Source: Paraspadella gotoi (Eukaryota > Animalia > Chaetognatha). Taken from it: DNA of 64,000 nt. Location of the stretch: the NCBI GenBank assembly GCA_051294375.1, contig CM119269.1, positions 20,006,814-20,070,813 on the forward strand. The letters are read 5' to 3'. Shown here in pieces: positions 28,294 through 47,420 of the stretch (within the stretch, counting starts at the first letter, position 1; every line of letters starts with the position of its first letter). The position numbers were made by a program, and so were the translations under genes. The notes under the pieces were generated by a model. That model was not told the DNA's origin and made no database searches. It saw nothing but the letters and a program-made list of their open reading frames with translations.

Positions 28294-29430
28294 GCCGGTC
28301 CTCTGATGAGATATCATCCGTGACCAATCACCTTCTTTGAAAATCGTTGTATTATTGTAATTTCATTGGAGGTTTGAACGATCTCTTTATGGAAGTGGTT
28401 CTTGTCTTTAACACTTTTTATTTTATATTCTAGGTTTTGATTTTGCGTCTTTTCTTTTTCTAATTTAACCTAGTTATAGTATAATTTACTTTATTTATAA
28501 AGCGTTCTAGTTTTTCGAATTCGAAATTTAGACTTTGTATTTGATCTCTCTTTTCGTTGCGAGTTTAAATTTTTTAAAAAAGCTGAATTTTTTTTTATTT
28601 TGCGAAAACAAAACGATTTTATTGTCATAATACAAGACATGTTTCGACTCTATGTTTCGAGTCTTCAATCAGCGTTTGGAAAATTGGTCTTAAAATTTAA
28701 ATATTTACTTGTTTACTTGTTTTATTTACTTGTTTGTTTATTCAGCTGAATTTATCGATTTCTCTCCGTCTCAGTAAATCTGGGTTCGTTTCATCAATTT
28801 CATTGAAAAAAATAAACAAAACAAAAAAAAAAAAAATTCAAGTTGGACCATGTTTTTTTTTTTTTTAAATAATCGCATTTTGTATAAAAATATCGTCCTC
28901 ATAGTAGCATCAAGGAATAACAAAATAATTGACGTCATAACGAATTTATACTATTTTACGGTAGCCTTGGTAAGGAATTGACCTTCAAACGCAATAAAAT
29001 AACACAGTGACTTATCAAAACAAAAAGTTATCAAAAATGACGCATTATCATTTAAGCCAGGTCACCCTCTTATTACTAACACGAAACATAGCGAACTTTT
29101 TTGCATAGTTCTCGATAAGATTTTTTTTATAAAATAAATTTCCAAATTAAGCTGAATTACTTTTTTTATTTAAAAGTAGGACAATAAAAAAAAATACTGT
29201 TTAATTATATCTGAACTTACATAGCTAGATCACTTGTGAATGTCGATCAAAATTAATTTCAATCAAAATTAAAATAATTGGAACGAAATCGTTCTTAAAG
29301 GTCCTTAAACCTATTCTTTTTCATGACGCGATTCAAATACGCAGCGTCGTTCCGCCTCGATTTCTTACGAATGACTTCGTTTTCGAAAATATTTAACTTC
29401 AATTTAAAAACAAATAATGACATTCAAATT

Positions 29431-30180
29431 TTAAAACAAGTAGTTCCCCCTTAAAACTCTCTCCCAAGGTTTGTCGTCGTTTTCCAATCGGCTTCGGAGG
29501 ACAGCTTCTTCAGTAGGGCAAGTGTCGGGCAGATGATCCGGGAAGAAGGCTGCGACGCGAACGTCGATGGAGTCTCTGTCGGGCAGATCGGGTTCGGCAT
29601 GACGGGCATGATATGTCATTAAAGTCGTCCAATTGTAACTTAACCACTTGAGGCCAGTCTTTTTTAGCCAGATAGGTTTACAGCAGATTAAGGCTCTATA
29701 ATTCACTTTGTCATCTCAAAACATTATGATAAATTGTGCAACAAAAATTATGTCCTTCTGTCTGTCGGTCCGTCTGTCTCTCGGTAGGTTCGTCAGTCCG
29801 TCCGTCGTTTAATTGATTAATCTTCCCGCCTTCCCTCTATTCCTCGTCTCTAACCTCGTCATCGCCTCCGAGTAGGGATCCTCGAAGGAAGAGTGAAAGC
29901 ACACCCTGGCGATCCTTTCTGGGTCCGAATCCCACTGCTTGAAGACCAACACCTCGTCCTTCGTCAGACGAGGAAAGTAAAACCATCGATGGGCGTGGCT
30001 GTTGTTCTCGTTGAGGACAAAGACTTTTTGGCGAAACTGGACTCCAGAGACGTCGTCGACGCCTTCGTAAACGGTCTCGAGGTAATCCTGGAGATATGAA
30101 CAAGCTGACTAATTCGCTTTCTCAAAATTAATCGATATATTAGTAATTTATTTATCATTTATATATTCTTTTATATCAAA

Positions 30181-30270
<90 letters not shown>

Positions 30271-30712
30271 CTCCTTACCTCCGATCCCACCCCCGGGGTG
30301 AGCGACCTCGCGTCGAGCAGGGCCAAGTGATGATTCTCGACTGGCTCGTCGGTGATGTTCCTCCAAGCGTTAAGGAAGACGACTCGGCCCCGACGGAATC
30401 GCTCGTCCAGGTTGGCCGTGATGCGGGCAAAGACGGCCTCAGCGCCGGAAGGATGGGTGTCGACGTGGACACCGTGCTCAAAATCTGCTTGATTTGATCG
30501 ATTTGATGGATTGATTGATTGGTTAATTCCATTAAGTGGAAACTAACTTACCGTCATCTTCTTCCTCCTTCTCCCTCATCCTCCTGACTTTGTGATGGAA
30601 ACACTTGACCATCTCCGCCCCCGTGACTTTCTTCACGAACTCCTCGATCTCTCCGTAATACTTCTCGACGATCCTTTCGTCGTCATCGAAGTCGACGCCT
30701 GTTGAGGAGGAG
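29431..30712 (-). CDS. AsaB-like / CmcJ-NvfI family Fe(II)/2-oxoglutarate-dependent oxygenase (5' end lost in gap)
   Basis: Phase-compatible exons 30712-30552, 30487(or 30484)-30279, 30087-29855, 29575-29431. Translation includes YYGEIEEFVKKVTGA..FHHKVR, GVHVDT, FLNAWRNI..HLALLDARS, HRWFYFPRLTKDEVLVFKQWDS, CFHSSFEDP, RDSIDVRVAAFF. Confidence 0.8.
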
Positions 30713-30849
30713 NNNNNNNNNNNNNNNNNNNNNNNNNNNNNNNNNNNNNNNNNNNNNNNNNNNNNNNNNNNNNNNNNNNNNNNNNNNNNNNNNNNNNNNN
30801 NNNNNNNNNNNNAAGTATAAAAATCTCTTTTCAGAGTTCGCTCGTCAAG

Positions 30850-33800
30850 ATGTCGAAGGTTGCGCCGCGAAAGAAAGAGGTAAAAATCCACGATGGTCCA
30901 GCACCGAGCACGGCCAAAGGTACCACGAAAGGTGCCACAAAAGGCGCCCTAAAAGGTGCTCCACAGAGCGCAAAAGAGGCCGCCCCTAGCGGCACTCCTA
31001 GTGCCGCCTCCGACGCCCCAGAGGCGCCGAAAAAGGGCATCAAAAAATTTCCGAAAAATCCCCCCACGGGACTCGTAAGTTGGTTCCGGTGACACGACCG
31101 TGAAACTCACACCGAACGGAATTTAATCGCGTCTGGAATCGAAAGTTGAACGTAGAGAATTCAAGAAAAGAACAACATTTGCTTCTTTTTTTGAATCTAC
31201 TCACGATTCTTTTTAAACAATCATTATTAATTCTCACGCACGAATTTCTTTTTTGCATTTTTAGTTAGCAGAGATTTTCATTGCTGCTATAATAGTAAAT
31301 AATGAAAAAAATGGGAAAGTGTTTTTTTGCATGAAAGGAATACATTTTTACAAGATGTGCTGAGATTCATCGTGACGCAAGATGAAAAGAAAATGAATGA
31401 AATTCCTTTTATGAAGTTGATTCGTTTTTAATAATGCCGCGTTTTTTAGTTATTTTTTTTTAATACGGTCTCATACTTTACTGCATGATACTGTATTGGC
31501 GCCAACCTAATTTAAAAATTGCATTTTACCATGAATATATTTTAACGCTAATAAAGACTGTAGAAAAAAAAAGATTTTATGATATGGAAAAAAAAATTTA
31601 CATATTTTTTGACCTACTATATTTTTTTTCCTTTTTGGTGCAGAGTCTATACACATGGAGAGTTCGAAGAAAGACCGAAGCTGGAGACACGCCTTGGAAA
31701 TCTGGTAAAATTAAACGTCATCATATAAAGATAATACTTTTCGGTTCTTGTTTCTTCTATTTTAATTCATGTACCGTGACGGTATATTCGTACACTAACA
31801 TTTTAATTCATGTACCGTGACGGTATATTCGTACACTAATTGGTAAATAAAATATTTAATTCGAGACATTAAGCAAAAATCGGCACAAAGTCTTTTATTC
31901 ATGCTGTTTACGATAGAGATTTGTCACCAGCGTTTTTGACATCCCTTTGACGACATTCCTAATTCAACCCCATTAGGCGGCCCCGACGAGATCATGACGG
32001 TCGTGTTGCGTCGGCTGGAGATGCTGGAAAACTTCGAGGCCTCCACCAAGGAGATCGAGCGACGCGTCAACATCCTCGACAAGAATATCGCCTCCATCGC
32101 ACAGGTTGTGTGAGGATCTGGGTTATTGAACATTTTTAGGATGGGAAAACGAATTTTTCCTTTTGACACCGAAAATTGGGTCAATTTATGTTATGTTAAT
32201 GTATATTTCGTTTTGTAAAAACGATTGTTGTGTTGTGATTTATGTTCAGAAATCTAGTATAAAAAATTTGGGTTTTTTTGTGACTGCATTACTTTGAATA
32301 ACTTAGTTAAAATTTTATTTTTTTAAATTTATTTATATGAAGTACGTAACTTATCGGGAAGGCACTTTTGGTCACACTATTTCGATTTAATTTGAAAAGC
32401 AACACAATACCTGCAGGCTGAATGTGGAATAGGAAATATGCCATAATTTATTTTTAATATTTTTTATTTGAAAATTTTCCAGGATGTAGAGCCGGAGAGG
32501 TGACGAGATTTTTGCTTTTATATTTTCTATTTTGTCGTCAAATGTTGGCATGTTAAATGGCATGGGATCAGTAGGCCTAGCAGGAATGAATCAATGAATG
32601 AATCAATGCTGCATGTTGAACTTTGGTTACATTTTAATATTTATTCTTTGAAACAAACGAATTTAAAGGAAATTCTTATTCTCGATAGAGTCATTCTCTT
32701 CCCTTTAAATAATAAATACGCTTCTTTCTATACCCACAATTATTTCCCCTTTTGTCTCAAAGCTGATGGGATTGGCTCCCCCAGAACCCGAACCAGAACC
32801 CGAACCTGAACCTGAACCAAATCCCGAACCTGAACCTGTGGTTGAACCCGAACCCGCTCCAGAAACCGATTCGAGACCTGAACCCGATTCCGAGTCTGAA
32901 CCTAGTCTCGATGCCGAGGTTTCAACTGCGAAAGCGACTTCGTTTTTTTCTCACAATTTTTAATAAACGAAGCCTGACGAAATGGCTATAATTTTTATGT
33001 AAACAATTTCATGTCATAAAAATGATTTATCACATGACTTTTTAACTGAGCTTGTTCTAACAAAATAAAAAAAAAGACAATACTTAAATAAAATTAGCTT
33101 TTACGTTTTTTACTTTTTATATTTTTACCTTTAACTTTTAAAATTACTATTAAAAAAAATATTTAAAAGAGTTGAACATCGCAAGATTTTTTTTGGTTTA
33201 ATAATTAAAATTCGAATTAAATGAGGCACGCTAAAGAGAGCCCATTATTGTTTAGTATTTGTCATCAATAGTTAATAAATTGATCAAATATTAAACTGGA
33301 GTGTGAAATAAAAATATATCACATTATAAATCACAATAAGTCATCGCAAAACCGCTGTGTCCAGTTTTCTGACCTTTTTTCCTCCATTTTGCTGACCATG
33401 CTTTCCTACAGCTGCTGACTCTCAAACCGCCGGAGGAAATAACGCCGGAGCTGGCGGCGGAAGCTCCTGCCGCCGAGACAAAATCAGAGCAAAAAATTGA
33501 GGCTAAATCGGGAGATGAATCTGAGGTTTTTTTTTCGCCGCGGCGTTCGTAACCGCTCCTAAAAAATTACTATTATTATACTACTATTATATTTACTATG
33601 TCGCGGCTTTACATTTCACGGTTTTCAAACTTAAAATACATATAGAATTTTTACAGACTTAAAATAATATTTTATTATCCCAGCTTAAATCCGCGCGATA
33701 TAAATACTTTATATTATTCAGTTAGTGGTTTTATAGATTTCAGTCAATCAAGATGACAACAAAAATATTTAATCGAAGCCAATTTGAGAGCAGAACGCGT

Positions 33801-34403
33801 AATCTGATCACAAACTCGCTCAGTTTGATCACACGACAGCTCTAATTTGATCGCTCGACGCGTAAACTGGTCGTACTTTGCCAATTGCACACATTTTTAT
33901 TCAATCGCGGTTTTAGTGACGAACGTATTTCCTTAACTGAAATTTAAAATTTAGTAAAACAAAAACAAAATATTGATACTTTTTTAAAAAAAGATAGAAA
34001 GACAGTTAAGGAAAAACGGATTTCGCATGCAATTAAAAGCGTAGATTACTTCCAAATTCAAAATATAATACTAATATTGATTATATTATTTTTTTTAGTC
34101 ACTGAAGCCCCGTCAACCCGGCGAACCTCTTCCGCCAGAACCAGTTATCGTTAAACCGGGTCTGTCGATTTTTAATTCCTTTTTTCATTTTTTTTTTTAC
34201 TCTTTACAATTTATAATTATGTAATTTGAAAAGATTATCAAAATATTCCTTTTTTATTTTCCAGGCCCGTCTCCTATTCTGGGAATCGGTGGCGCCAAAG
34301 TCGGCATCAAGGTGAGCTCTCTCTCTATCCTCTCTCCTCTCTCTCTCTCCTCGCTGCTCTCTATCTCTCATCTCTCTCTCTCTCTCTCGTTCTTTCTCTC
34401 TCT

Positions 34404-34494
<91 letters not shown>

Positions 34495-34581
34495 ACCTAC
34501 AGTGTTACACGCATCAAAGTTTTAAAAGTGTCCTTGACTTTAAGAGGCTCATGTGAGGAGGACTTGATGATGATGACAATT

Positions 34582-34619
<38 letters not shown>

Positions 34620-34700
34620 CATTGCGAGCTTGATACTAATTTTTACGAAAAAAAGACGAAGAACGAAAAACGAGGACGACCCGTGCAGGGTGGACGTTGA
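30850..34700 (+). CDS. uncharacterised ~267 aa protein with Lys/Ala-rich N-terminus, coiled coil and (PE)n repeats
   Basis: Eight phase-compatible GT-AG exons: 30850-31074, 31644-31704, 31977-32104, 32763-32918, 33412-33525, 34099-34159, 34265-34311, 34689-34700 (last exon least certain). Confidence 0.7.
31759..31839. repeat. 41 bp tandem duplication in an intron
   Basis: ATTTTAATTCATGTACCGTGACGGTATATTCGTACACTAA(C) twice; contains the palindrome TACCGT-G-ACGGTA. Confidence 0.85.
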
Positions 34701-34717
34701 AAACTGATGGGATGATG

Positions 34718-34748
<31 letters not shown>

Positions 34749-35167
34749 CGATATAGTTGATCTCGCGCATCAACTGTGAAACGATCAACGACCGAACGAC
34801 GCGAAAAACGAAATTTTATTTCGCTAATAAAATTTTAATAAATACGATTTGTAATTATCGACAAACGTATAGAAACAGAAAAGTGCATAAGTTAAGAATA
34901 AACGAAAAAGTCGTTTTAAACTGCGTAAACAATAAGGATTTTTAAATAGAGCTTTACTTAATTTTTATTGAATATTTACTCTTTGACTAGTTCCCTAAAT
35001 TTAGAATTAAAAGTTTTGTTTTCAAATTATGAAAGCTTGAAATTACTAATAAAGACTTTTTCGTGAAAAAAAACCTTAGAAACAATTCCTCGTCCGCTCA
35101 TTTCATAATATTAATAAACAAAAATAGAGAAAATCAAATAAAAAAAAACTTAAAAACTGAATAAAAA

Positions 35168-39597
<4,430 letters not shown>

Positions 39598-41042
39598 GGG
39601 AAAGGTCTGGGCTACGACGTTTAAAGGCACCGGTGGAAAGAGGTCGAACTTAAGAGAATCGAGAGAATATTTTTTTTTTTTTTACAAAATTGGAGAGAAC
39701 AAAAAATTTCCCGGAATCAAATTTTTTTTTTCTCGCGAGGACGCTTAAAATATTGCAGTAGAAATGTAACCGAAGAGATTGAACCGAAAGTTTAACTGAG
39801 TTTAACTCAGAGATCTGAATAAAGAGGAAGAAATATCGTCAACAGGTCGTTCAATCCTTACATTGTTACAATTTGAAGGAACAGACAATATGAATGACTA
39901 AATAGACTAATTTATTTGTAAGAAATAAGAGGATCTTCTGATAGTAAGCAGAGAGGATTTAGTATCAGTCAAAAAAATTGATTTATTTTCGTGGCTTTTT
40001 GATTTTCAAAGTTGTATCTACCTGCAACTTTTACCTGCTACAATTTCATATACATAAAGTTTTGTTTGTTAATAAAGCGGTGGATCTTCAAAAATGCATA
40101 AAGCTTAAGATTATCTTCGTTACCTGCGGGTTTTCGTTGTTGTCCAAAATGATTACTCGATGTTCAAAAATGTTATATATTCTAATAAACTACTAGTCAT
40201 AAACTCGTTAATTATTATTCTCTCTCTTTATCTCACTCCCTTTCTCTGTCTCTCTCTCTCCCTCTCAAACGAGGCCGCGTCTATTCTACTTTTCCATTTT
40301 TAAGGCGACGATTATCAATAATTCTCGATATTAATAATTAATAATAAGCTCCTTTTCGTTTTTCCATTTTCTTTTTGTCACTTTGAGCGGAAGAGAGAGG
40401 CCGACGTAAAAATGGTTAGTGATCGACCGAACGCGGCTCTTTTTTTTTGTCAACACCTGTCGAGAATTTCGCCGCCACCCTGGTTAAATGTGAAGGAAAA
40501 AGATCGGAGATGTGGCCCATATGAGTCTTTGGTTAGCTGCATTTACTCTCCATAATCTCTGTAAATTAGGATAATGCCTGTTTCTAATCTCAAACTCTAA
40601 TTCCTAATCCTTAACCTGATCTGCTTATTCTAAATTCTAAACCATAATCTAATAATAATTTTTTAAACAATTGAATTTTTAATTTAATATGAAAAAGTTT
40701 ATGAAAAAAAAAATTATTGCGTAATGTTTCATTTCAAAATTTATAAGACTTCGATAATAGCTATTATCCCTATAGCTTCAATATCGCGAGAAAGGAAAAG
40801 TGTGATCCAGTTTACGGATGCCCGGAGTGGATTTAATCTCGGCTTTGCATAATCGTCACCAAAGAAAGAACCCACCAGAGAAAAAAGTCAAAAAGGGCGA
40901 TCCGAATAAAATCCGAATAAAAATACGAATAAAATCGGAATAAAAAATAAATCTTGTATTTGCGATGACGTCAGACTCATTGACACCGACGCTATTTCGG
41001 TATATCACGATTAAATTTAATTAAACTAAACAAAAAATGTAA

Positions 41043-41103
<61 letters not shown>

Positions 41104-41621
41104 ATCTCCAATAACCTGTATACCAATCGTTTCGGGTAGTTTCACAATAGTACTAAAACAGACATATTTCAGAATACACACTCACTTGTATTGTCATTCA
41201 TTACACAAGAATTCAATTTTTATTTTCTATCTACTGTACTACATATATTTTAGGCTCGAACCCCCTCGTAGGCGAAAAACGACACCCCACCACAAAAAGG
41301 TCATCGGGAGCTTAATTCTCGTTTGTCGCCTTTCATAGCGATAAACCTTTTTGATAAACATAAATCATTATAAAAAATACTTTCCTATTATATTTGTCGG
41401 CTCAAAGACGAGGACGGCTCTTTTATGCCATTCATTTCATCAATAAGAGTGAGAGAGAGAGAGCGATAGAAAGAGAGAAAAAAAAGAGATAGAGAGAGTA
41501 AAAAAAATTGTAGATGAGTGATTGATTGATCCTTTTTTTGATTTGTTAATATTTAGTTTAAGAGAGTATGTGGGCTTGTGGGGTAAGGAAATAAGGTTAA
41601 TTAGTGATTGATTAATTGAAG

Positions 41622-41667
<46 letters not shown>

Positions 41668-42122
41668 AGAGAAAAGAGAGAGTGAGAACGCTTCACCCGA
41701 TTCGACGCCTTAATGAGATTCAGTGATTCCATTGATTCTCTCTTCGATCCTCACGTGATCCGGAATTAAGTTTATTTTTGCTTCGAGGCTGAGATTTGCA
41801 AAGTTTTTCGCTTTTCATCCCCCCTCCCTCCCAGCCCCCCTTCTTTTCCCCCCCCTAACAAAAAAAGCGGACTCGCAACGTCACGACAACAACAACGACA
41901 AACTTCCAAAAAAAGGAGGAAAAAAAATGAAAATAACTCTGCGACGATTTCGCCGTAACTCGAGATCGGATCTCGGATCCGAGTAAGAAGATTATTGGGC
42001 AAAAGAGAAAAGAGAGAGAGAGAGAGAGGGAGAGAGAGAGAGAGAGCAGGGAGAGGAGGGAGAAGAATAAGATCAAAAGAAGTGAATGAAAGTGAGAGAG
42101 AAGTATCTTATGAAAGGCAACT

Positions 42123-42216
<94 letters not shown>

Positions 42217-43591
42217 TTTCTCCGGCTTAATGAAGTCAGTTCCGATCAGGTTTTTGGGAAAGGACCCTTTACTGAGATTCCCACACACTACTGAGAAGAA
42301 AAAAAAAAAAGACTCTGAGCGCGTAAACGAAATCTTGAGATTAGATCTTCTTATGTCGACGCGGCATCGATTTTGTGAGGGAATGAGAAGGAATCGCCCT
42401 GTGATTGTGAATCACGGATACAACGTCCATGTGAGCGAATCAAACAAGTGAAAACTCAAATTGAAGCAATGCGTCTTTGTCTGAGACTGAGCCATTTTTA
42501 TTTTACGAAAGTTAGTTATGCTTATACAAATCTTTATCTCTCCATCAAAATTAGAACCGCTTTCATTCTTTATGTAAACCCATAAGCCGTAATCTTTTAC
42601 AAATAAATGATAAATAAATAATGAAAGTCACTGACAGCGCGAAATGATATTCCAGTTATAATAGCTTTATGATATTGGGATGAGAGTCAAAAGCAGATAG
42701 CTGATCAGGCGATGACATCAAATCAGGCTAAGAGATCGAGAAAAAAAATGGAGGCTGAGAAAAATCATCGAGCTGTATTTGCGCAGGTGTCGCAGTTAAT
42801 GATACTGATGCGACATTGGTATTACATTGGTATTACTGGTTTGTTTGTTTATTTTTTTCAAAATGTATGGTATCATGAATATATTGTTTCGTTTGTAAGA
42901 AAATTTTTTTTAAATATAGGTTTGATATAACTATGAATATTTTTTTTTCTTTTCCCATTCTGCTATATACATACTGCTATATTCTTCATTATCCAATATC
43001 ATATTTTTTTTGAAAGCGCTCCATTTATTTCTCTCTATTCCTAAACTTAATTTTAAACCCTACATTTCAAACTCTAATCATTTACCAAATCCGTTTGCTA
43101 ATCCCAAACCTTAATCCCTAAACGTATCCCAATCTGCAACCTTAATCCCTAATACCTAATTCTAATTTTCAACCCTCAACCCTAATCCCTAATCCCTAAC
43201 TTAATCCTTAACTCTTTAGTTATTCTTGAAAGCTAAAAACTAACAGTATTCTAAATTTAAGCTCTCTCATACTTCACCCGTTATTTTCATACTTTATTAC
43301 GATTCTTTCCTTTATTTCTCTAATTCTTTCTTTTTTTTTCTATTCTCTCTTTTCTTTCCTTCTTTCTTTCCCTCCGTTTTCCCTTTAAACTTGTTCGACG
43401 TCACACAATCAGAAGAGGAAAACTTCGAGAGCGACGACGACGAAGACGACGACGACGGAGACGACGACGACGAAGACGACGACGACGAAGACGACGTCGA
43501 GAACGACAACGAACGGAAAAAACGAACGAGATAGGCGACGATAGGAACGACTACGATTAAAGCGACGAAGAAAAAAGAATATGGCCATTAG

Positions 43592-43679
<88 letters not shown>

Positions 43680-46600
43680 AGCACCTCGAGGAGATGAACG
43701 AATCTCCATCGGCATTTTCCGATTCCGAAGACGACAAAAAAAAAAAAAAAAGATTCCATCGAAGGCGACGAATTTTGCGACGAATTTCTTTTCTCGATTT
43801 CGTCGCTTCTTCTCGTTTTACGCAGCATTTTTTTTTGTCACCTCCGTGCCGTGCCCTCCTCCTCCTCCTCCTCCTCCTCTTCCTTATCATCTCTCTTCCC
43901 TCTCATCTTCGAACATCCATATTATATCAAATCACTTAAACCACCGTCGTCGTTGTGCTCCTCTTCCTCCTCCTCCTCCTCCTCTTCTCCCGCCGCGCTT
44001 TTGGCGCCGTTTCTTTCATTCTCTTGTTCACTTTTTCTTTTTTCCATTTTCGTCGCTCGAATTTCGCGTCGAAGAAAAGAAAAACAATCTTTTTTTTACA
44101 AACTCGCCAACTTACCTTTTTTATTTAAAGGCGCCGCCCAGTATTGTCCCTTCAATTTTTTTTCACTTTAGCCTCTGTAGATGCCACTCCAGCAATTTGA
44201 GAAACAGCACTTCAGCACTCCGCCCGCAACTTCTTCAGCAACGCCCATCATTCTAACGATTTCATTACACGAACGACTTTGGGAACTTTTCACGATTCAC
44301 AACCTCGTTGTCTCACAATTCTTTAAGGCGAGAGCCATCGCCTTCTTCACCGTCACTACTGGCATTCACGCCGACCACACCGATCACTACCTCCGCCAAA
44401 CACATCGGCGCCTCCTCCTCCTCTTCCTCCTTCGCCTCGAGGAACAAAACAACAAGGGACGCGATTTGACCGAAGATAAAAACCACGAAAATATCATGGA
44501 ACTTCCAAATAAGATAAACGGCACTATAACGCCATACTGAATATAATGTAAACCAGTCTCTTATTTATATCCGCGTCAAATCTGCGTCCTTTAATCCCAC
44601 TGTTTATCTTCTGTCGACTATTTCGTTCGCGTCCCGAAGTCAAGTGTGAACCCAAGTAAATCCATAATTTTCAAAAACAAAAAATAATAATATTCTTTTT
44701 AAATCCATTCTTTGATTTTTTTTAAAGTTTAATTTCCTCAAATTGTAATAATTTACAACTAATTTATAATTATGTATCCCTAAAATGAATTTTGTTTCAC
44801 ATTTACTTTAAGTAACAATATTTCCTGATCCTAACATTTCTCGGTTTTTCTTTATTCGACGTCGAAAGTCGAGTTTTGACAATTAAATAGTTTTTTTGAG
44901 TGTCGATGACCGCCGGTCCGCCGTACAAAGATATCGTTCTAACGATTGTAAGTCATCTGAAGAAGTAACATTGATGTTCTTTTAATTTACAGCTATGATC
45001 GAATGAAACTTTAGATGGAAAAAAAAAACTTAAAAAAAAACTAAATCCAATCGTTGAAAAACAATCGTCACATAATAACAATTAACTGTAACGAACAAAG
45101 AAAATCCGCGTTTGACGTCATTCACAAATTACGAGAATTAAGTCTAAGCGAACGTAAGAAAATCGCAGGAAAGGATGAATTCTGTGGCCGAGAGTAAAAC
45201 AGAACCAGTTATGGAAACGGAAATTGTAAAGACTGAGGTGAGTTTAATTGTATTCAGCTTATCTCTGACTCTATGCTTTTGCAGAGAAGGACTTTGCGAA
45301 AGCGTCTCATCTATTATGAAATTGCTACAACCAATATGAAAATTATCTATTCATTAAATAAATAAGCTATCTTGCCCCTGACTTTGGGCAGGCTTTGGTG
45401 GTTTAAGGCTTCCATCACTCTTACAAGATAATGACACAGCAGGTCACGTCAAGCGTTCGTTCATAAATCTCTCACAGTCTCCCAGTGTACCTTGCTTCCC
45501 TATCAATGAAGTGACATAATACATAGAATGTTTCAATTGTATGAAAAGACCACTTCCTTAAGTATTAGATCGGGGAATACTATATTGTACTCCGCACTTG
45601 CATTTTATATGTATTCATGGTCGGCGAAAGTAAAATTCAGAATTGAATTTATAACTTTAATACCTAACCTATTCTTTAAATTAATCTTTAACCTTAGTTT
45701 CTAACTACGGCCTTAGGAAAATCATTTTCGTTCCTCACGATATAATTATTTGAAGCTTTAAAAGAAACTTCGATTTTTTGTTAGCTAAAAGTAAAAATCT
45801 TACCTTCTAATTCTTTTATCAATTGAAACCGATTTATAGCCGCAGCATTGATAAAACGAGTTGTCCATTTTAAAATCCGAAAGTCTCTTGTAGTGGACGT
45901 AAGATTAAAAAAAAAAAAGATTTATGGGCGATTAGACCTGATTAGTTTCCACGTGACGTTTGTATTTATGATCCCTCTGTCGGGGATTTGAATCTTAGCT
46001 CCCTTCATTCTGACGATCCGGTATTTTCTTAATTAAATTTTTTTTTGTTCGTTTAAAGTCGAGTATCTGATATTAATATTAAAAAAAAAACAGGTTAAAT
46101 ATTTCGCCAATTGACGTTTATTCGAAGGTCGCCCTGATATTTTTTTTCCCTTTAATGTCCGATTTAAAAAGAAATGATTCGTTCGTTGGTCTTGTTTTCT
46201 TTGATTTTTTTCACTTTCTATGAAATAAAATTATCATTATACTCAATTACAATGTTAATTTAAGCGAGGAACCCTAAAACTCAATGGTCAGTAACGAAAA
46301 ACCGTGAAAAATAGAACTCGTTTGATAAGTATAATGCGTTCGTTAAATTAGCAGGTCGTTTAAAATTTTAAAATCAGAAAAGCGGAACAATTTTTATATA
46401 TCTCTCTCTCTGGTTTTAGAAATCATACCATAAAAACTAAAAACATCCTTATTACCGATCTCGTTAAACCAGGTTCTCGCTGTAAGCGTTATTCTGAGTT
46501 TGTTTCGTCTCTCCGTTCGCTTCGGATTTAAGTTCGTCCCTCTTTTTTTCCGAGTGCAGAGCCGCTGATAAGCCTTAATCCCAACAAAATTCTTTAATCC

Positions 46601-46824
46601 GGTTATTTTTTGCCACCGTTTTATTCTTCGTCGTCGTCGTCGTCGTCATTTTCGTCGACGTGGTCTTTATTATTGTTACCTGTATCGATTTAGTAATTAT
46701 AGTGATTAGTATGATATTTGAATCAATTTTATATTTTTATATTTCTCATCATTTTGAATAACTTTGTTTTCTTAGTTATTGTGATATGAATTTTTGCCGT
46801 TGTCGTTATCATCATCAACATCAA

Positions 46825-46890
<66 letters not shown>

Positions 46891-47169
46891 TGTCCCTGTA
46901 GTCGTTGTCTTCCAAACCCACCAGCGTCATTAACGCGAGTTACTCGGGCCAAAAGATTCGAGCGAAACAAGTTTGATCAAGATAATCCATAAATCTTATT
47001 CGCTAAAATGTATTAGTTTAAAAAAAAAAAGGAAGTTGAGGAAATCTGGCGTTTTATTATTTTTATTCTCTTAGGCATATAACCCGTTTTTTTTTCATAG
47101 TGGTTTAAGTGGCTGACTTGAGTTTTAAAGATTTGAATTAAAAAACTAAAGAGCAGTGGAAAAGATTCA

Positions 47170-47420
47170 CATGAGAGAGAAATATTTCGGCCATATTTTC
47201 TACAAGCGCCCTATTTTAGCTTAAATTTAGAATTAGATTAATTCTGTTGGTTCAATGATTAAGTTATAGATTAGTTCGAGGGATTAGGGCAAAGGATAAG
47301 GGTCAAGGATTAGGGTTTAGGATTAGGAGATAAGGTTAGGGATTAGGGTTAATAACTAGGTTAAGGCTAAAGATTAAGGTTGAAAATAAGGTTAAAAATT
47401 TTAGAATAGATTAAGGTTAC
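47170..47420 (+). repeat. dispersed repeat with a degenerate TTAGGG-like tract; inverted copy at ~50030-50205
   Basis: Shared head TTCGGCCATATT..GCTTAAA.TTTAGA followed by GATTAGGG/GTTAGGG units; related CCCTAA-like tracts at ~43040-43215 and ~40580-40650. Confidence 0.6.

Noticed and set aside
32483-32499. Apparent 17 nt microexon (AG|GATGTAGAGCCGGAGAG|GT)
   Set aside because: Would shift the frame between two phase-0 exons; no support
43409-44540. Asp-rich and Pro-rich open frames
   Set aside because: Microsatellite-dominated with stops in plausible frames; no consistent exon chain found
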